This document shows, one piece after another, positions 16,651-25,183 of a DNA stretch of 32,000 bases; position 1 is the stretch's first letter, and the number at the start of each line of letters is the position of its first letter. A program made the position numbers and the translations under genes. The notes under the pieces were generated by a model. That model searched no databases. It had not been told where the DNA came from and saw only the letters and a list, made by a program, of their open reading frames with translations. Origin of the DNA: Microcystis aeruginosa NIES-843 (GTDB taxonomy: Bacteria > Cyanobacteriota > Cyanobacteriia > Cyanobacteriales > Microcystaceae); the NCBI RefSeq assembly GCF_000010625.1, contig NC_010296.1:3270001-3302000 (forward strand). Reading direction: 5' to 3'.

Positions 16651-16896
16651 GGGAACCTACCCAAAAATACCCAAAAGAGGCACACAGCCCCCAGAGCGCG
16701 TTGATAAAAATGGGAAAACACGAGTTTTTAGCAAGCATCGTGCATTGAATTGTACTAATCTCGAAAAAATTGCTGTTTTTTCACGATTTATTTAGAACTA
16801 ATTTATTAGTAAAAAAAGATGTTAAAACAGTCTTGATCGACTTGGGCTTTGTGGCTAGTATGTAAAGCATATAGCTTCTTCATTGGAGACACCTGA

Positions 16897-18462
16897 ATGA
16901 AAGCCCTATTACTATGGCCGCTGATGCCCAACTCCTTTTGGTCCTATCAAGAGACTTTAAATCTAGCCGGCTTGAGAGCAACCAATCCGCCTCTGGGTTT
17001 AATTACGGTGGCGGCCCTGTTGCCATCGGATTGGGAAATCCGGTTTGTTGATCGCAATGTCCGATTGGAAACGGCTTCGGATTGGGAGTGGTGCGATTTG
17101 GTAATCATCTCCGCCATGATCATTCAGAAAAAGGACTTTCAAGAATTGATTGCCAAAGGGTTGCAGTTGGGTAAAAAAGTGGCGGTGGGCGGGCCTTACC
17201 CCACCTCCTATCCAGAAGTTGCCCAAAAAGCTGGAGCAGATTACCTGATTCTGGATGAAGGAGAACTGACAATCCCTCTGTTCCTGGCAGCCCTAGAGCG
17301 GGGTGAACCGAGTGGTGTCTTTAGAGCCAGCGAGAAACCCGATGTCACCATGACACCGATCGCCCGCTATGATCTACTAGATCTGGATGCCTATCTGGCG
17401 ATTACCGTGCAGTTTTCTCGCGGTTGCCCCTTTCAATGCGAATTTTGTGACATCATCAACCTCTATGGCCGCAAACCGCGCACCAAAACCCCAGAACAAA
17501 TGTTGGCTGAGTTGGAGACGTTATATCAACTGGGCTGGAGGCGCTACATTTTTGTTGTCGATGACAACTTCATTGGCAATAAGCGGAATGCCAAGGTGTT
17601 TCTGCGGGAGTTGATCCCCTGGATGGAACAACACCAGTATCCCTTTAAACTGATTACGGAAGCTTCCCTTAATCTGGCCGAAGACAGTGAACTGATCGAG
17701 TTAATGGTCAAGGCCGGCTTTATGCTGGTGTTTATGGGGATTGAGACACCAGATACCGATAGCTTAATGGGCATTAACAAGGTTCAAAACACCCGCCAAT
17801 CCCTGATCGAATCCTGTCACAAAATTACCCGCATGGGGCTGCAGATTATGTCTGGCTTCATTATCGGTTTTGACAATGAGAAACCTGGCGCAGGGCAGCG
17901 GATCAAAGATTTTATTATGGAGGCGAGTATTCCCCAGGGGCAGTTTAGCCTGCTCCAGGCACTGCAAAATACCGCCCTGTGGAATCGCCTGCAACGGGAA
18001 GGTCGTCTGGTGGATGGCATGGGCACTTTCCATCAGGGAGCCATGATGAACTTTGAGCCAACTCGCCCGGTGGAAGAGATTACCGAAGAATACATCGACG
18101 CTTTCTGGGAAATCTACGATCCTGTTAACTACCTGAAACGAACCTTCAACCATTTCATGATGATGGGGGGATGGCGCGGCAAATCGAACCGTAAATTAGA
18201 TGGGCAACAGTGGCAATTGTTCCGTTCCTTGCTCTGGCGGCAGGGGATTGTCCGACCGACGCGGTTCCGTTTCTGGTGGCAACTGGCGGTGATTGCCTGG
18301 GTCAAACCCCGTCTGCTAGAAGAGTATCTAGCGACCCTAGGGATAGGTGAGCATTTTTTTGCCTATCGCTATGAAGTAAGAGAACAATTACTAAAACAAC
18401 TAGCCGATTTGAAGCAACAGAAAGCAAGGGTAGCCCAGCTGGAAAAAACGCTCAAAAACTAG
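16897..18462 (+). CDS. B12-binding-domain radical SAM protein with DUF4070-like C-terminal region
   Basis: 521 aa. The N-terminal cobalamin-binding-like domain reads PPLGLITVAALLP..WEIRFVDRN...DLVIISAM. The radical SAM cluster motif is GCPFQCEFC. The C-terminal helical part is Trp/Arg-rich. Confidence 0.8.
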   Translation: MKALLLWPLMPNSFWSYQETLNLAGLRATNPPLGLITVAALLPSDWEIRFVDRNVRLETASDWEWCDLVIISAMIIQKKDFQELIAKGLQLGKKVAVGGPYPTSYPEVAQKAGADYLILDEGELTIPLFLAALERGEPSGVFRASEKPDVTMTPIARYDLLDLDAYLAITVQFSRGCPFQCEFCDIINLYGRKPRTKTPEQMLAELETLYQLGWRRYIFVVDDNFIGNKRNAKVFLRELIPWMEQHQYPFKLITEASLNLAEDSELIELMVKAGFMLVFMGIETPDTDSLMGINKVQNTRQSLIESCHKITRMGLQIMSGFIIGFDNEKPGAGQRIKDFIMEASIPQGQFSLLQALQNTALWNRLQREGRLVDGMGTFHQGAMMNFEPTRPVEEITEEYIDAFWEIYDPVNYLKRTFNHFMMMGGWRGKSNRKLDGQQWQLFRSLLWRQGIVRPTRFRFWWQLAVIAWVKPRLLEEYLATLGIGEHFFAYRYEVREQLLKQLADLKQQKARVAQLEKTLKN

Positions 18463-18567
18463 ACAATATCGCCGACGAATAGTCATTTATCCCTAAACAG
18501 CGCTCTTGAATCCTACCCCAAAGTAGAGCAACAAAAAGCGAGTGGGGTTGTTTGACTGTCAAGTCAG

Positions 18568-19018
18568 TTGACATACCCCAGGCCGTAAACGGACGTGGAT
18601 TCTTCTAGCATCACTGCTGTGAATTTCTGGCTCAACGAGTCCACTTGAATTAGATTCCTGGCGAAATCCCACCCAGAGGTGGTTCTCTCCTCAGACTTTC
18701 GCGACCTTACAGAAGCCTGTTTTCGGGGGCCCCTACGATACAGTTCAAAACCTCTAAAATAATTGGTTTCTCTGGTACTTGACGCTGAGAGCTTTTACCT
18801 ATAGGAGCATTCCCCTAGAGAACCCCATAACTCTAGTTTTCAAGGTGCGTTCATCGGTTGATGACTGGGTTTTTTAAGCGGTTGCTTACCCGGCCCCCTA
18901 TTCTTAATATCATACATCCTATAAAGTCGCCCTCAAAGGGCGAGGCTTTCAACCCAATTTTTCGGTAATCTGTCCCCACAATTCATTCAAACTTACATTC
19001 CGCACTTCAGTTTGTAAC
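18568..19018 (-). mobile_element. TnpB-less miniature IS200/IS605-type element (PATE-like) related to the element at 26141-27506
   Basis: On the minus strand the right end reads GAATCCACGTCCGTTTACGGCCTGGGGTATGTCAA, against GAATCACCGTCCGTTTACGGCGGTGAGGATGTCAA in TnpB element 2. The left-end region reads CCGAAAAATTGGGTTGAAAGCC-hairpin(TCGCCCTttgAGGGCGA)-CTTTA, against CGGAAATTTTGGGTCTGAAACC-hairpin-CTTTA. No ORF is present. The left boundary at 19018 is tentative and rests on a flanking TTTAT. Confidence 0.65.
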
Positions 19019-19093
19019 ATAAAAAGTTACAAACAAGGGAAAAGACTAACTGAGTATTTATACTCAGAAATTCCTCGACCAAAACGTGAGATA

Positions 19094-19265
19094 AGTAGTC
19101 GTGCAAAATTAATTTCCTAGTCGAGACAGGAGACTCCGAGACGGGAGACGGGAGACGGGAGACAGCTATTAGGGATCGGATTTGAGTTTTCAGTTCACTG
19201 TTTCCTCACACCAGAAGTCTGACGGAGTAGTGGCTTAGATGTGTAATTAATTTTGCTTAGGTACT
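19094..19265 (+). mobile_element. MITE derived from the IS630 element at 12569-13652
   Basis: The termini are almost the same: AGTAGTCGTGCAAAATTAATT... and ...GTAATTAATTTTGCTTAGGTACT. TA lies on both sides (19092-19093 and 19266-19267). The 172-bp interior has no ORF but carries a GAGACGG heptamer run (19138-19165). Confidence 0.85.
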
Positions 19266-19500
19266 TAATGAAAAAAAACACAAGCAATGTCTGCTTCAGA
19301 AGAAATACAAATTAAAAATATAGACCATTTAGGAATAGTAGCAGGACTAATTGATGAAATAGGAATAGTCGAAGTAATCAATGAAAAACTAGGTGTTGAT
19401 AAAAGAGAAAAAATTAGTTCAGGACAAGTCTTAAAAGCCATGATTCTCAATGGGCTAGGAATGGTGTCACGCCCCTTGTATTTATTTAGTCAATTTTTTG

Positions 19501-19688
19501 GGTTCTTCGGTTTTTGTTATGCAATGGAGGGGGGTTATAAGGGATGAAACCCTTATATATAAAGACATTGCTTCGATTTTTGCCAATTGTTTTCGATCTA
19601 GAACGAGCTAATCAATTAAGTCTCTTGCCAGATAAGGATTTAGTCGATTTATGCCACCCGATCAAACCATACCAAGTAACGAAGAACC
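19501..19688 (+). mobile_element. MITE family B, copy 2 (ISL3-derived)
   Basis: Termini are GGTTCTTCGGTTTTTGTTATGCAATGG... and ...CCATACCAAGTAACGAAGAACC. A perfect 8-bp duplication ATTTTTTG flanks it (19493-19500 and 19689-19696). It is the reverse complement of 4061-4247. Confidence 0.85.
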
Positions 19689-19813
19689 ATTTTTTGAAGA
19701 CAAAGCTGTAGAAAAATTATTAGGAGATGAGATTAAAAGTGAATATTTAAACGATGATAAAATTGGTAGATTCATGGATGAAATTTATCAAATAGTATTG
19801 AATAGTTTATTTA

Positions 19814-20026
19814 GGGTTTGCTGAAAAAGTTTTTCCTGGGGGCAGGGTGTGGGGTGTAGGGTGTAGGGTGTAGGGTTTTAGCGATTTTGAGGAGGTCAAT
19901 TACCTAATTTTCAGGGAAAAAGTCCAGGGATTTTCCACCCGATCACTCCCAGATCTGGCACTTTTTGGTTTCCAAAAAGTCTAAAAGTCTTACCCAACAA
20001 GGTTTTTAGATTTATTCAGCAAGCCC
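19814..20026 (-). mobile_element. MITE family A, copy 2
   Basis: Full-length homologue of the other three copies. TA flanks lie at 19812-19813 and 20027-20028. It has four heptamer units. Confidence 0.85.
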
Positions 20027-20069
20027 TATGCTAGGCTAGATTTAACCAGACTAAACCAAGAGAGCCTAT

Positions 20070-21140
20070 TTATTTTTTGCGAGCAAAAATTTCTTCAAAC
20101 CAATTAATAGCTCGATTTGCCAAAGCTTCTAGGGAATATTTTTGCTCGACTACTGCACGACAAGAATATCGATCGATCCGGTCTAAATTTTTAATTCCTG
20201 TAACTAATCCCTCGATACTATCGGGTTCAACTAAAAAACCAGTTTTTCCCTCTTCAATAATTTCTACCGGACCACCGCGACGATAGGCAACTACGGGAAC
20301 ACCACAGGCTAAAGCTTCAATAGCCACGTTACCAAAAGCCTCAACCCAGCGCGGGGTCATCAACAGGCCAAAACAGTCGCCTAGCTCTTTTTGTAGGCTC
20401 CCGGTGGGCAAAAACCCGCGATAATCGACTAAATCGAAACTATAGGTATCCTGTAAATTTTGCCAGTAGAGAGGATCGGAAATATGACCGAAAACCCGTA
20501 AAGGGACACCTAACTGTTGACAAGCTGCGATCGCATCTTCCAAAGCCTTTTCCGGGGCAATCCGTCCCACCCAGGCTAGACAGGGGGAAGGATCGTCCCG
20601 AAACTGATACAAAGATACGTCTAAACCATTAGCCAAACAGCGATAGGGGGGAGAGAGGGAGAAAGTTTCTGCTTGGGCAAGGGTGTGAAAAGCGAGTAAA
20701 TGGGGAAAATTGCTGTAGGTTTTTTCAATAATATGATCCATCGCCAAAGAAACGGAAGCCATGCTGACTAAATGGGCGACGGGAGTGGCAAAAAAAGGAG
20801 TGAGATAAAAAGGGAGCCAATCGTAGGCAAAATTAACAATTAAATCGTACTGATTTTGTACCTGTTGGGCGTAGTGCCACATATTGGCCAAAACGGCATT
20901 TTCGGGCATTAAAATCGGGGCTTGCCGGCCCTGACTTTGGGCGGAAATCTGGGCATTTCCTGCTATAGTGATTAAGGGAATATCATGCAACTGCGAGGCT
21001 TCTGGAGCCACTACCCGCACCGGATAGCCTTGCCTGGTCAGAGTGCGAGCGAGATTATAAAGAGTTAATTCTACGCCACCGCCGCCCCCCGAACCCAAAA
21101 ATCCCACGGGGGTGGAGAGAAATAACAGTTTTCGACTCAA
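20070..21140 (-). CDS. glycosyltransferase family 4 (GT-B fold, group 1)
   Basis: 356 aa. The N-terminal Gly-rich loop is FLSTPVGFLGSGGGGGVE. The C-terminal block EAFGNVAIEALACGVPVVAYRRGGPVEIIEEGKTGFLV carries the E-x7-E type motif. The TTG start is preceded by GAGG. Confidence 0.8.
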   Translation of the reverse strand: MSRKLLFLSTPVGFLGSGGGGGVELTLYNLARTLTRQGYPVRVVAPEASQLHDIPLITIAGNAQISAQSQGRQAPILMPENAVLANMWHYAQQVQNQYDLIVNFAYDWLPFYLTPFFATPVAHLVSMASVSLAMDHIIEKTYSNFPHLLAFHTLAQAETFSLSPPYRCLANGLDVSLYQFRDDPSPCLAWVGRIAPEKALEDAIAACQQLGVPLRVFGHISDPLYWQNLQDTYSFDLVDYRGFLPTGSLQKELGDCFGLLMTPRWVEAFGNVAIEALACGVPVVAYRRGGPVEIIEEGKTGFLVEPDSIEGLVTGIKNLDRIDRYSCRAVVEQKYSLEALANRAINWFEEIFARKK

Positions 21141-22231
21141 TTTTGCACCTCTGTGGGTGTGGTTTCAGTGAAGGAAGTATCCTGTACGTCATCATCTTCC
21201 GGTTCACCAGTGGTTTCTAGGGGAGCAATATCTAAACGGGGCGGTAATTGCAGATTTAACTGTCTGATTGCCCAGCGTGCTGTTTCTTGCACTTCTTCAT
21301 CGGAATCATCGAGGGCATGACAAATTAATTGACTGATCTGAGACATGATATCGTAGAGTCTGGTTAAATCCCGGATAGCATTTTTCCGCACTTGGGGATT
21401 TTTATCCTGGAGGGAGATAGCCAAAGCTTGGTTCATCGGTCGCAGGGAGCGGGTACAGATTTGAGCGAGGGCTTCTAGGGTTAAACTACGTTCGTAGGAA
21501 TCCCCATCCACCATACTATCGACTAAAGGCTGCATTGCCCTAGAATCGGACATTTGTGCCAGTTTCCAAACCGCCCGTCTACGGGTACGAGGATCGTTAT
21601 CGCGAAGACTTTCAATTAAACGCAGGATTAAGTCTACGTTCGGGATACGGGAGGTAGCTTGTACGGGCAAAGAAGGCTCGAAATCCTCTTCACCACTGCC
21701 ATTAATGTCACTGCCCGTTTTGGTGTCCGCGTCGAAGGAATTGCCATTGCCCCTAGAAAAGTTGTCGAGTGGGTTTTTAGGATTGACGTAAGTTGTCTTT
21801 TTGCGGCGTTTTGAGGCTTTGCCCTTAGGACGATATTGAAAGAAAAGCGATAGTAAAGCTGCCAATAAAGCGATGGATAACAGAGCCGAGCCAGCAATTA
21901 ACGGTATTGGTGAAGTCTCATTTCCGGCGGCTGCGTTGGCGGCCGCAGCGTTTTGACCTAGATACTTCTGCATATTAGCGATCGCATTTTGAGCAAATGT
22001 ATCGTTCGGACGTTGTGCCAGAGCTTGTTGAAATTTTTCTAGGGCGAGTTGGTAATTTCTTTGGGCTGTAGCTTCGTAACCAGCTTTCATCAACTGATCG
22101 TAAGTGGCCACAGTCTGGGGTTGCTCTAACCTAGGTGGAGTTTGAGCGTTAGCCGTGGGTAAAGTCTGGAAATTATGACCCCAACTGCTCACACCGATAG
22201 CTAACAAAAATAGGAAATTGGGTTTGATCAT
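21137..22231 (-). CDS. membrane-anchored HEAT-repeat protein with N-terminal TPR-like segment
   Basis: Likely start MIKPNFLFLLAIG (signal-like); the ORF-track start at 22294 is an upstream alternative. A TM helix reads IPLIAGSALLSIALLAALLSLFF. C-terminal HEAT-like repeats are DPRTRRRAVWKLAQ, DKNPQVRKNAIRDL and DEEVQETARWAIRQL. Confidence 0.6.
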   Translation of the reverse strand: MIKPNFLFLLAIGVSSWGHNFQTLPTANAQTPPRLEQPQTVATYDQLMKAGYEATAQRNYQLALEKFQQALAQRPNDTFAQNAIANMQKYLGQNAAAANAAAGNETSPIPLIAGSALLSIALLAALLSLFFQYRPKGKASKRRKKTTYVNPKNPLDNFSRGNGNSFDADTKTGSDINGSGEEDFEPSLPVQATSRIPNVDLILRLIESLRDNDPRTRRRAVWKLAQMSDSRAMQPLVDSMVDGDSYERSLTLEALAQICTRSLRPMNQALAISLQDKNPQVRKNAIRDLTRLYDIMSQISQLICHALDDSDEEVQETARWAIRQLNLQLPPRLDIAPLETTGEPEDDDVQDTSFTETTPTEVQN

Positions 22232-22437
22232 AGAATTTATGTAACTGTTTAGGGGTAGGTAACAGTATGATAGCCTAAAAGCCATAAATGACAAGCACTG
22301 AACCCCAGAGATGGGTCATAGACCACAATAATGGGGAAAAGCCACCAGTCACCATTGGGCAAATAGTGCCGCTACTGGGATCGGAGAGAGAGTCCACTGT
22401 TCAGCCCTCAGAGATTATCTGTGAAAAACTGGCTTAA

Positions 22438-24105
22438 TTAAGCTTGCACAGGAGTTTTGCGCCATGTTCGACCTTGAATAGTCGTGTGGAATTGCCAATT
22501 AGCCACAGTTTCTGGATAATCGCCCCGATAGTGACCGCCTCGGCTTTCTGCTCTTAATAAGGCACTTTCCAGAATTAAGTCGGCGATATCTAAAAGATTT
22601 AATGTCTCGATCGCTATCCTTATTTCTAACTGCACCGAGGGACACAAAAATAATTGTCCTTTGTCGGGGAGAAGATTCTGGAGAAATTGGCCCATCTTTA
22701 AGGATTGTAACTGTTGTTTCCACTGATGCACCCGTAGGATAGCAGTTTCTAACTCATTTTGAAATCGGCAAATTCCCGCATTTTCCCACATTAAAATCGG
22801 TAATTCTCTCCGTACTTTTTGCCAGTATTCCTGTTCTTCCTGCCAGTTTTCCGCAATTTCTAAGGGTTTTTCTGGTCTTTCCCCCACCAAGTTTTCTGGC
22901 TCTAGACCTATTTCAACTAAATTTGCCGCAAAGACAATACATTCCAAAAGAGAATTACTGGCTAAACGATTAGCACCGTGAACACCCGTACTGGCCGCCT
23001 CGCCGATCGCATACAAACCGGGTAGAGAAGTGCGGGCGTTTAAATCGGTAGCCACTCCTCCCATCCAATAGTGAGCGGCGGGGGCAACGGGAATCACATC
23101 TTCAAACACATTAATGCCCCATTTTTGACAGATGCGGATAATATTGGGGAAACGATAACGCAGGCGCTCCGGTTCGATCGGTCTTAAATCTAGATATACT
23201 TTGGCATGGGCGGGATCGTCGGAGGTTTTTTGCAAATGGCTAAAAATCGCCCGACTGACCACATCCCGGGGGGCCAATTCTCCAGCCGGATGATAATCGA
23301 AGGCAAAACGCCGCCCCTGGGCATCAATTAAATGCGCTCCTTCGCCGCGCACCGCCTCACTAATTAAAAACCGCGGTGCCCCCGGCACAGTCAAAGCGGT
23401 GGGGTGAAACTGAAAAAATTCCGGGTCGCGAATCACTGCCCCAGCACGCCAAGCCAGGGCGACTCCATCCCCGGTGCTAACGGCGGGATTAGTGGTTTGG
23501 GCGTAGACTTGACCGCCGCCTCCCGTAGCCAGAATGACTGCTTGCGCTCGCAGCCAACAGAGATGATCTTGATGGAGTAAACAAATACCTTGACAGCGTT
23601 GCCCTTCCGGGTCAAGCCAGAGTTTCAGCGCGATCGCTTGGGGAATAATGGTAATATTGGGGCGCTCGGTCACTTTTTCCATCAGGGTACTGACGATCGC
23701 TCTCCCCGTGCGATCGGCTGCGTGCAGCACCCTGGCCTGGGAATGGGCAGCCTCAAGAGTGCGGGCTAAGTCATCTCCAGAGCGATCAAAACTAACTCCT
23801 AACCGCAGCAAATCAGCGATTGCTTGGGGGGCCTTCTCGACTAAAAACTGCACGGCATAGCGATCGCATAAGCCCGCCCCAGCTTTCAGGGTATCTTCTA
23901 AATGGAAAACGGGGGAATCTGCCGGGGAGGTGGCCGCCGCAATTCCCCCCTGCGCCCAATCACTAGCCCCAGTTTTTAAATCTTCTTTGGTAATTAAACC
24001 CACCTTTAAGTTAGGGGGTAAACACAGCGCGGCATACAATCCCGCCGCTCCCGATCCCACCACTAACACATCTTGATAACTCGGCAGTTGCGAGGAAACG
24101 ACCAT
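22438..24105 (-). CDS. nadB: L-aspartate oxidase
   Basis: 555 aa. The FAD-binding N-terminus is DVLVVGSGAAGLYAAL. Other motifs are WAQGGIAAA, HPTAL, RGEGA and the C-terminal SRGGHYR. Confidence 0.9.
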   Translation of the reverse strand: MVVSSQLPSYQDVLVVGSGAAGLYAALCLPPNLKVGLITKEDLKTGASDWAQGGIAAATSPADSPVFHLEDTLKAGAGLCDRYAVQFLVEKAPQAIADLLRLGVSFDRSGDDLARTLEAAHSQARVLHAADRTGRAIVSTLMEKVTERPNITIIPQAIALKLWLDPEGQRCQGICLLHQDHLCWLRAQAVILATGGGGQVYAQTTNPAVSTGDGVALAWRAGAVIRDPEFFQFHPTALTVPGAPRFLISEAVRGEGAHLIDAQGRRFAFDYHPAGELAPRDVVSRAIFSHLQKTSDDPAHAKVYLDLRPIEPERLRYRFPNIIRICQKWGINVFEDVIPVAPAAHYWMGGVATDLNARTSLPGLYAIGEAASTGVHGANRLASNSLLECIVFAANLVEIGLEPENLVGERPEKPLEIAENWQEEQEYWQKVRRELPILMWENAGICRFQNELETAILRVHQWKQQLQSLKMGQFLQNLLPDKGQLFLCPSVQLEIRIAIETLNLLDIADLILESALLRAESRGGHYRGDYPETVANWQFHTTIQGRTWRKTPVQA

Positions 24106-24240
24106 TGAGGGATGAATTGATAAATTCTATTTATTCTAGCATTCCATTTCTCTATAGCTCTGGCAAAAATCGCCAGTCTTTCCCTTGGGGCAGTATGCCA
24201 GATTCTTTCTTTTGCCTCTTGCCTTCAGAAGCTGATCACT

Positions 24241-24265
24241 GAAAAAGGTGAGCGATCGCCCACCT
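24241..24265 (-). terminator. rho-independent terminator of psbU
   Basis: The minus strand reads AGGTGGGCGATCGCTCACCT followed by TTTTT. The stem is built around a HIP1 site and has one G-U pair. Confidence 0.65.
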
Positions 24266-24297
24266 AGTAATTTTTTTTAAACCGTAATTAATTGGAT

Positions 24298-24705
24298 TTA
24301 GTAAACTCCGGGGTTAAAACGGTCATCACCCTCGATAAATTCTTTAGAAGGCTCAGTAACGGTAAATTTCTCCAGATTAGCCTGTAAACGCTCTTTTTGA
24401 GTGTCCGAGAGTCCGGGGATATTGAGGACATCTTCCACTTCTTCGTAGGGGGCGTTTTTGATGATTTTACCAGCTAAATTGGGATAGAACCCTCTCAAGT
24501 CCCGGAAATCGCGAATATCACTGTTATTGAGGTCGATTTTCGCCCCAAATTCTGTGGTTAGTTTGGCATCGGCCGCATTTAAGACGGCCACAGGAAGAGA
24601 AGGAAGGGCGATCGAGGTGAGATTGAGAGCTTGAGCGGGAACTTTGCCCCAAAAACTCCCGATAATCAAGGCAATTACCGCCAGCAGACGAACAAGATTC
24701 TTCAT
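24298..24705 (-). CDS. psbU: photosystem II 12-kDa extrinsic protein PsbU
   Basis: 135 aa. A signal peptide is followed by KIDLNNSDIRDFRDLRGFYPNLAGKIIKNAPYEEVEDVLNIPGLSDTQKERL, characteristic of PsbU. Confidence 0.9.
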   Translation of the reverse strand: MKNLVRLLAVIALIIGSFWGKVPAQALNLTSIALPSLPVAVLNAADAKLTTEFGAKIDLNNSDIRDFRDLRGFYPNLAGKIIKNAPYEEVEDVLNIPGLSDTQKERLQANLEKFTVTEPSKEFIEGDDRFNPGVY

Positions 24706-25026
24706 TGCAGTTGTGGTCTCCTAAAACCAAGGCAAATTAACGATCAGGACAAGAAATTAAGCCGTCAGCTTTCCGACTAGGCATAGGGTGGGTAGTTGGG
24801 ATTTGCCACCGCAGCCTAGGTATTAGCTGAACGCTGATAGCTAGTTAAAAAAGTTATATCATGCCATTAGACCAGATCATAACCTAGTTTGCCCCCCTAG
24901 GGGAAGGGTTTTGCGGTTTTGGGGTTTGATCACAAAGAACAAGTTGGTTAGGACAATCTAAATCGCTAAAACCCTTTTCTGGCAAGGATTTTCCTGCTGC
25001 CATCTGGCGGCTGCTACAGTTGAATT

Positions 25027-25084
25027 TCCCTATCTCCCTATCTCCCCACTTCCCCCATTTCCTCATTCCCCTATCCCCTAACCC
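25027..25084. repeat. C-tract-rich low-complexity block (G-runs on the minus strand)
   Basis: The sequence TTCCCTATCTCCCTATCTCCCCACTTCCCCCATTTCCTCATTCCCCTATCCCCTAACCC has seven or more C3-5 runs in 58 nt. It lies 100-160 nt upstream of the peroxiredoxin start. Confidence 0.8.
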
Positions 25085-25183
25085 AATTATTACAAATCCC
25101 TAAAATTATCAATGACGAACAGCACTCCTATGGCATCATAGACTGTTGCTTGTCTTGAAATACATAATAAGGAAGACACAATT

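Larger units (their letters stand above)
19287..20039 (+). pseudogene. IS1634/IS4-like transposase, N-terminal stub interrupted by two MITEs
   Basis: MSASEEIQIKNIDHLGIVAGLIDEIGIVEVINEKLG... is the typical N-terminal domain of IS1634-type transposases. After removal of MITE B it continues in frame: ..LFSQFF|EDKAVEKLLGDEIKSEYLNDDKIGRFMDEIYQ... It then hits MITE A and ends. The rest of the element is absent. Confidence 0.65.

Noticed and set aside
16999-18153. ORFs 16999-17226, 17387-17614, 17544-17780, 17764-18153 and 17817-18026 inside the radical SAM gene
   Set aside because: They are alternative-frame or antisense ORFs within a gene that has clear domain motifs. None has a start context or any recognisable similarity.
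5557-18462. B12-radical SAM enzyme (16897-18462) as the maturase of the Gly-rich peptide (5557-5931)
   Set aside because: The two genes are 11 kb apart and separated by unrelated genes and at least five mobile elements. The enzyme is the B12/DUF4070 type, not the SPASM type associated with GrrA-like peptides. There is no sequence-based reason to link them.
19265-19450. 61-aa minus-strand ORF
   Set aside because: It is antisense to the IS1634-like N-terminal stub.
20077-24730. ORFs 20077-20286, 21634-21897, 22499-22723, 23433-23615, 23648-23860 and 24524-24730
   Set aside because: All are embedded antisense or off-frame in the strongly supported GT4, HEAT-repeat, nadB and psbU genes.
24884-25066. 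60-aa minus-strand ORF in the psbU-prx spacer
   Set aside because: It is a translation of the G-run low-complexity block (..WGKWGDREIGK..) with no start context.
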